From NCBI GenBank assembly GCA_963702205.1, contig OY969724.1, forward strand, positions 3,712,001 through 3,776,000: 64,000 bases of DNA, in the 5' to 3' direction. Shown here piece after piece: positions 58,281-64,000 of the stretch. Both the position numbers and the translations under genes were made by a program. The notes beneath the pieces were generated by a model. It was not told the origin of the DNA. It was given only the letters and a program-made list of their open reading frames with translations, and did not search any database. Positions within the stretch are counted from its first letter, which is position 1, and every line of letters starts with the position of its first letter. This DNA is from an uncultured candidate division Zixibacteria bacterium. GTDB taxonomy: Bacteria > Zixibacteria > MSB-5A5 > GN15 > PGXB01.

Positions 58281-60836
58281 ATGCTTAAAGTAACCATACC
58301 ACAAAATTTCGTAGCGGAGAGGACATACATCCTCGACGTGCTCCTGTCCGATTTTCTCGGACTGGAGTTTGAAATAGAAGTCGATAGTACGGTCGATCAT
58401 TGGGGAATACGGCTCGAAAACGGCAACCGCCTCATATTCGAGGATCATTTCTTCCATCATATCAAACCGGCCGACAATTACCATGAAACGCAATATATCC
58501 CGAAGCGCGTCAGATTCGTCGCCAATCGTTTCATGCCCGAACCGAATATCCCGGTTATCTTCGGCGGCACGGAGCCGTCGGTGCGGACCCTGACCGTCAA
58601 AGGCCGATCTTTGAATGAAAAGACTGTCGTGTGTACTATTGACGTTTTCGCCGGAGCGTTTTTCATGCTTACCCGCTGGGAAGAATACGCTTTGAACAAG
58701 CGCGACGCGCACGGACGGTTTCCCGCGTCCGAAGCGCTCGCGGTCAAATATGATTTTATCGACCGCCCGGTCGTCAACGAATATACGGAGATGCTTTGGA
58801 ACATTCTGACCCAGCTTGGTATCGGGCAAAAGCGCAAAGCCCGCAAATTCGAGCTGTATCTTACTCACGATATTGATTTTACCGTCCTATGGAATAACTT
58901 CCGTGGCTTCGTAAAATCCCTGGGCGGAGATATTATCAAACGTCAATCCTTACCATTGGCGTTTTCCAATGCAAAATGCTATTTGAAGACACTGCTCGGC
59001 TCGGCCCGGCAACCGTACGATACGTTCGATTACCTGATGACCCAATCCGAAAAGCGCGGCATTCGGTCACACTTCTTTTTTATGTCAGGCAGCGGGACGA
59101 AATATGATAATCAGTACAAAATCGATAACCCGGCAGTACTAAATATAATCGGACAAATAGAAAATCGCGGCCACGCCGTCGGGTTTCATCCCGGCTATGG
59201 TACCTGTGACAACCCCAATCAATGGACGTCGGAATACAGCTCTCTCTCCAATGTTTGTCAATCGGCTCCGACCGAAGGCAGGCAGCATTATCTGCGTTTC
59301 CGCGTCCCCGATACCTGGCGCATCTGGGATGAACACAATATGCAATTCGACAGCTCCATGGGCTATCCCGAACGCGAGGGTTTCCGCTGCGGGACCTGCT
59401 ATGACTTCCCCGTCTTTGATATTTTGTCCCGCCGCAAGCTGTCGGTCCGAGAAAAACCGCTGATCGCGATGGACACGACTCTGGTGGAACACCGCCGCAT
59501 GCCTCCGGAGCGCGCACAACGCAAGCTTGAAAAACTGATCGACCGGGTGTACAGGTACAACGGAACCTTTACCCTGCTCTGGCACAATACAAGTTTCAAC
59601 CTGCACCCCTGGCCAAAATACCGGGCAATTTACGAACACACGCTGGACTATGCTACAGAAAGAATCGGCAAAGAAAAACTAGCGACAAGCGCCGCACCGG
59701 CGCGCAAACCAAAGCGAAAGAAAGCGGTGCTTCTGACTTTCCACTGCCGCCATTCCAAACGCCAAGCCGGTTTTCATCAGCTGGCAAAGTCTTTGAGAAA
59801 TAAAGACTGGGAAACACTTTTTTTCACAGCACCATATAGTTGGATATCGAAGTTTCGCAAAGATTATCGTACACAGTACATTCAACCCGAAGAAACCAAC
59901 TGGCTTATGCGTAACGGCGACGGTGATTGTAGTTTCGTCCTCAAAACGTTCTGGCATCCGGTCAATCTGAGACATAGTATATTGAATTTATTATTAACAC
60001 CACTTTTTAAATCGTACGACCGCTTTCTGTCCGGCAAAGCACTGGATTACATGCGTCGGGCCGACTTGTTCATATTCGAGAGCACGGCTTCTTTATTATT
60101 TTTCGACAAACTTAAGCGTCTGAACCCGAGCGCCAAAATGATTTATCGTGTCTCCGACGATCTCCGATTACTAAAGGCGCACCCAATCGTGCTCGAAGCC
60201 GAGAAACGATACGCCCCCAAATTCGATTTGATAAGTTCGCCCAGCGCTTTTCTGCACCGGCGTTTCGAACGGCTCGATCAATCTTATTTAGACTATCACG
60301 GCCTTCGACGAGATCTGTACGATAAATGCTATGACAACCCGTACGATTCTTCGGTCATCAATGCCGTCTTCATCGGACAGGCTCATCTGGACTATGATTT
60401 TCTCAGACTGGCATCGCAAAAAAAGCCGGACTGGAAATTTCACGTCATCGGCCCGCTGTCTCCTGATTACCAGGCCGACAACATCATATACTACGGAGAA
60501 AAACCGTTCCGGGAGACGATACCGTATATCAAACACGCCGACGTCGGCCTGCATACTTTGAAATTCCGACCCGGCGCGCGGTCCTTCACAGATAGTCTCA
60601 AAGTCATTCAGTACACCTATTGCCGCCTGCCGATTGTCGCCCCGGAGTATCTTAAATGCGACCGCGAGAATTTCATTTATTACCGCCCGGACGATCGAAC
60701 AAGCATCGCCGTCGCCCTCGAAAAAGCGGTCAAATTCGACCGCGAATCCATTGATACAGCCAATATCCACACCTGGGACGAACTGGTCGAAACCCTGCTC
60801 GAGCACGCCTATCGCGGTGAAGCAGCGGCCGTCTAA
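58281..60836 (+). CDS. polysaccharide deacetylase-like domain fused to a GumK-like glycosyltransferase
   Basis: N-terminal LTHDID, GFHP, RQHYLRF, GFRCGTC and LLWHN. C-terminal VLLT.H, AGFH, YRVSDD and DSLKVIQY. Confidence 0.7.
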   Translation: MLKVTIPQNFVAERTYILDVLLSDFLGLEFEIEVDSTVDHWGIRLENGNRLIFEDHFFHHIKPADNYHETQYIPKRVRFVANRFMPEPNIPVIFGGTEPSVRTLTVKGRSLNEKTVVCTIDVFAGAFFMLTRWEEYALNKRDAHGRFPASEALAVKYDFIDRPVVNEYTEMLWNILTQLGIGQKRKARKFELYLTHDIDFTVLWNNFRGFVKSLGGDIIKRQSLPLAFSNAKCYLKTLLGSARQPYDTFDYLMTQSEKRGIRSHFFFMSGSGTKYDNQYKIDNPAVLNIIGQIENRGHAVGFHPGYGTCDNPNQWTSEYSSLSNVCQSAPTEGRQHYLRFRVPDTWRIWDEHNMQFDSSMGYPEREGFRCGTCYDFPVFDILSRRKLSVREKPLIAMDTTLVEHRRMPPERAQRKLEKLIDRVYRYNGTFTLLWHNTSFNLHPWPKYRAIYEHTLDYATERIGKEKLATSAAPARKPKRKKAVLLTFHCRHSKRQAGFHQLAKSLRNKDWETLFFTAPYSWISKFRKDYRTQYIQPEETNWLMRNGDGDCSFVLKTFWHPVNLRHSILNLLLTPLFKSYDRFLSGKALDYMRRADLFIFESTASLLFFDKLKRLNPSAKMIYRVSDDLRLLKAHPIVLEAEKRYAPKFDLISSPSAFLHRRFERLDQSYLDYHGLRRDLYDKCYDNPYDSSVINAVFIGQAHLDYDFLRLASQKKPDWKFHVIGPLSPDYQADNIIYYGEKPFRETIPYIKHADVGLHTLKFRPGARSFTDSLKVIQYTYCRLPIVAPEYLKCDRENFIYYRPDDRTSIAVALEKAVKFDRESIDTANIHTWDELVETLLEHAYRGEAAAV

Positions 60837-60922
60837 GCATCTAATCCGCGAATTAGTCATATCTGAAAAAGATTGACTCGATCCTTTCAAACGAGAATAT
60901 TGATCCGGGTTGGAGACCGAAT

Positions 60923-62143
60923 ATGAACGATGAAAATTATAAAATATTGTGGTGGATTAAGCCGTACAATCTCATTCTCGGCCTGATCCTGCCCGTGTAT
61001 GTCCTGATTTATATTGCCGGATATTCTCCTGATAACGCTAAAAATTATTTTACGTCGTACTATTTTCTGCTCGGACTGACGTACATCCTGATATTTGCAG
61101 CGACTTGTTACATTTTTTCCAAAGTAAAAATTATACATTCATACAGAATTAAACTGCGCTTTTCTCCCGGATGGCTGGATTTCCTGGCCATTGCCACTAT
61201 CCTGGCTTATTTAATCTGGTTCTGGGACATCGTCCACAATCCCCAGCTGCTATTGTTCGTATTCGATGAATCCGTCATAAACCTCCGGCAGGAGATTTCG
61301 ACTATTCCGGGCATAACCACTCTGGTTCAGGCCGGGGTCGTCTATTCCGTATTTTATTCTATTTACCGCTGGCGCTATCGAATAAAAATGCACTGGCGTT
61401 TCCGGTGGTACATGTACGCGATCATCCTGCTGGCGGCGTTCAGGATGCTGGCCTGGTCCGAAAGGCTGGGGCTGGTCGAAGTTATTCTGCCGCTGGCCCT
61501 GGTATACCTTCCGACTCTAAACGTCAGTAAGGGCTGGAAAAGAACGGTATTGGTAGGCGCGCCGTACATCGGACTGATGCTTCTTATTATCTTTTTCGGG
61601 ATCTCCGAGTTTTTCCGTTCGTGGGCGGCTCAGGCGCAGTACGGTTCCCAGAGCCTTCCCTCTTATGTACTGGAAAGGTTTTATTTGTACTACCAAACGT
61701 CTCTCAATAACGGCAGCGGCCTGCTGACCGAATTCCCCTGGCCGGAACTTAAAGGGCAGTACACATTTTTATGGCTGTACAACTTCCCCGCCATCGGCGG
61801 CGCTTTGACTTCGTGGACGGGAATATCGCACGCCTGCGCACACTTTCTTGATATGTATGGTCGAATCGGCTTTACAACATTCAGCGCCATCTTCCCCGTC
61901 TTTTACGACTTCGGGATTCTCGGGGGATTCATCTATGCCGCCATCCTGGGCGGTTGCACCGGATTGTTTTACAGGCAATTCGAAAAAAGAAGCGGCCCCG
62001 GAATTTTTCTCTATCCCATCATGTTCATCGCCCTGACCGAAATGCTCCGGCTTTTGTATCTTGGGACCACCCGCATATTCCCGATCGTAGCAATCCTGAC
62101 ACTTGGCTATTTCATAATTCGTACCAGGGCAAAACAGGCATAG
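60923..62143 (+). CDS. Wzy-type repeat-unit polymerase
   Basis: About 10 TMs, ER, EFFRSW, YY.TSLNNG and YDFGI. Located in a polysaccharide locus. Confidence 0.7.
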   Translation: MNDENYKILWWIKPYNLILGLILPVYVLIYIAGYSPDNAKNYFTSYYFLLGLTYILIFAATCYIFSKVKIIHSYRIKLRFSPGWLDFLAIATILAYLIWFWDIVHNPQLLLFVFDESVINLRQEISTIPGITTLVQAGVVYSVFYSIYRWRYRIKMHWRFRWYMYAIILLAAFRMLAWSERLGLVEVILPLALVYLPTLNVSKGWKRTVLVGAPYIGLMLLIIFFGISEFFRSWAAQAQYGSQSLPSYVLERFYLYYQTSLNNGSGLLTEFPWPELKGQYTFLWLYNFPAIGGALTSWTGISHACAHFLDMYGRIGFTTFSAIFPVFYDFGILGGFIYAAILGGCTGLFYRQFEKRSGPGIFLYPIMFIALTEMLRLLYLGTTRIFPIVAILTLGYFIIRTRAKQA

Positions 62144-62151
62144 CAATTATC

Positions 62152-63249
62152 ATGCAATCTATATATATCAACGGACGGTTCCTGACACAGCATGTCACCG
62201 GCGTCCAGCGCTATGCTCGAGAACTAATGAAGGCTTTCGATAAGATGATCGACGATGGTTCAATTGATTCCAACCTGTACAAGATTGCCATTATCACGCC
62301 TGAAACCGATCAACCCTGCGAAATTGTCAATCATATCCCGATAAAAGAAACCGGCGGTACCGGCGGCCATCTTTGGGAACAGACGACACTACCGAAATTC
62401 GCCCGCGACGGCATTCTTCTCAGTCCCGGCAACGTCGGGCCGGTGCGTCACAAAAATCACATCGTAACCATCCACGACACATCGGTTCTGGCGATGCCGG
62501 AAGCCTTTTCGTGGTCTTTTCGCACCTGGTACCGCTATATCCTAAAATCGCTTTGCCGCAACGCCCGTCATATAATCACTGTCTCGCAATTTTCTAAAAG
62601 CGAAATAATTAAATACTTCAAAGCCGACCCGGATAAAATCTCGGTCATCTATCACGGTGTTGAACACTGCCTGATCGATACCTCTTCAAGCCACATCCTG
62701 ACCAATCACGAGCTCGAAAAGGGCTCTTACGTTCTGGCGGTCGGAAGTCTGAATCTTCGCAAAAACTTTTCGGTGGTGCTCGAGGCGGCGAGCTATATCA
62801 AGAAAAGCCGATTGAAAATCGTCATCGCCGGTGAATCGAATCCCCGGATTTTCGGCAGCGCCGATTCCGGCGTCCGGGATAAGGCGTTGTGCCTGGGACG
62901 GGTTAACGATGTTGATCTGGCCGCCCTGTACGAAAACGCCGCCGCCTTCGTGTTTCCATCGCTTTACGAAGGCTTTGGCCTGCCGCCGCTCGAGGCGATG
63001 GCCCACGGCTGTCCGGTAATCGTCTCCGACATACCGCCTCATCACGAGGTCTGCGGGGATGCCGCTCTGTATTTCGATCCAAACCAACCCGAAATTTTGG
63101 CCGAGCATATCGATTCGGTAATTTCCGATAAAAATCGTCAGGCCGAAATGTCCCTAAAGTCATCGATACAAGCAGCTCTTTTCTCCTGGGACAAATGCGC
63201 CAAAACAACCTGGAATCTGCTGACAAGACTTTCTCAGAACGCCGTTTAG
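62152..63249 (+). CDS. GT4 glycosyltransferase
   Basis: INGRFL...VTGVQRYA, WEQ, TIHD, RKN and FPSLYEGFGLPPLEAM. Confidence 0.9.
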   Translation: MQSIYINGRFLTQHVTGVQRYARELMKAFDKMIDDGSIDSNLYKIAIITPETDQPCEIVNHIPIKETGGTGGHLWEQTTLPKFARDGILLSPGNVGPVRHKNHIVTIHDTSVLAMPEAFSWSFRTWYRYILKSLCRNARHIITVSQFSKSEIIKYFKADPDKISVIYHGVEHCLIDTSSSHILTNHELEKGSYVLAVGSLNLRKNFSVVLEAASYIKKSRLKIVIAGESNPRIFGSADSGVRDKALCLGRVNDVDLAALYENAAAFVFPSLYEGFGLPPLEAMAHGCPVIVSDIPPHHEVCGDAALYFDPNQPEILAEHIDSVISDKNRQAEMSLKSSIQAALFSWDKCAKTTWNLLTRLSQNAV

Positions 63250-63386
63250 CCCGACCGGAATTTTTTTCAAAGTGTCTTTGAAGATATTTCCCGATTGACC
63301 CAAATCATCTATTTTCTTCACGCAATAAAGGCGGCTATTCCATTGTCCGTCATAGACATAACATAATGCCTATTCGCCCTCGGCTT

Positions 63387-63401
63387 TGGCATAAGGATTG
63401 C
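63387..63401 (+). promoter_or_regulatory. sigma54 -24/-12 promoter candidate
   Basis: TGGCATAAGGATTGC (GG-N10-GC), 33 nt before the ATG. Confidence 0.65.
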
Positions 63402-63434
63402 CAGAATATCTATCGGATAATAACAGGAGTTTGG

Positions 63435-64000
63435 ATGAAACGAAAATTGACTTTCAATATCCCCGATGGCGACAGCTCTCGGCCCGAAGAACGACTGACC
63501 GACGAAACCACCGGCTGGGGCATTCCGGAAATTTTAACCCACTGGCTCCATTATAAACGTTTGATTTTTGGTGTCACCGTCGCGGTTATGGTCCTGACCG
63601 CCGCTGCAATGTTTCTTCTGCCGAATACCTACACTTCGTCGTGCAGCATTCTCCCATCGGGCAACGGCGACAGCAACATCTCGCGTTTTTCGGCTCTGGC
63701 CGGGCTGACCGGTCTGGGCAGTACCGACGAGAATTCGTCCGAGCTGTTTCCAGTTATCCTGAATTCCGAAATCATCAGAGATGCCGTTTTAAATAAAGAA
63801 TATTCGATCAGCAAAGACAATGAAACGGTTCCGATAACCCTCTCCGAATATTTCGATACCGATAAACCGCGCTCGCTGCAAAACAAACTGAAAAACATCA
63901 CGACGATCACATTCAACAAGAAAACCGGTGTGATCGAAATCGCGGCCGAAACCGAACACCCGGAACTGTCGCAGGGAATTGTCGAGCAGTATTTAAATCA
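63435..64000 (+). CDS. Wzz/GumC-type polysaccharide co-polymerase, N-terminal part (runs off the window end)
   Basis: Read manually: AGGAG SD, then MKRKLTF..., a TM, LPNTYTSSCSILP, ILNSE and KKTGVIEI. Confidence 0.75.
   Translation, partial: MKRKLTFNIPDGDSSRPEERLTDETTGWGIPEILTHWLHYKRLIFGVTVAVMVLTAAAMFLLPNTYTSSCSILPSGNGDSNISRFSALAGLTGLGSTDENSSELFPVILNSEIIRDAVLNKEYSISKDNETVPITLSEYFDTDKPRSLQNKLKNITTITFNKKTGVIEIAAETEHPELSQGIVEQYLN

Noticed and set aside
1..64000. CRISPR arrays, tRNA/rRNA genes, transposases, integrases and prophage genes
   Set aside because: None recognised by eye. A tRNAscan/Infernal/HMM run would be needed to exclude them formally.

Overview
Bacterial chromosomal window of moderate GC with short AT-rich inserts. 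Gene content and style suggest an uncultured Gram-negative lineage such as Zixibacteria; this is an inference and was not tested. It holds housekeeping and envelope genes, an sxtJ/carbamoyltransferase/sxtK-like/SGNH cassette, a redox operon, a reverse-transsulfuration operon, a FadL-lipoprotein pair and a large surface-polysaccharide locus that runs off the right end. The main signals not shown by the ORF track are as follows. (1) Two adjacent candidate selenoprotein genes in the yyaL-osmC-DUF302-...-thioredoxin operon: an unannotated 63-aa membrane protein with an in-frame UGA, and an FmdB-type protein ending in a U-A-S-C motif. Each UGA is followed by a hairpin with the same GGUC loop. (2) A probably leaderless poly-Cys leader peptide with full terminator/antiterminator geometry upstream of the cysteine-synthesis operon. 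(3) Four sigma54-type promoters in front of polysaccharide operons. (4) A shared 5' leader in front of both RRM genes. (5) A rod-like ncRNA candidate and REP/REPIN repeats. (6) Three single-base insertions that split or fuse genes and are probably assembly errors. No rRNA, tRNA, CRISPR array or transposase was recognised.
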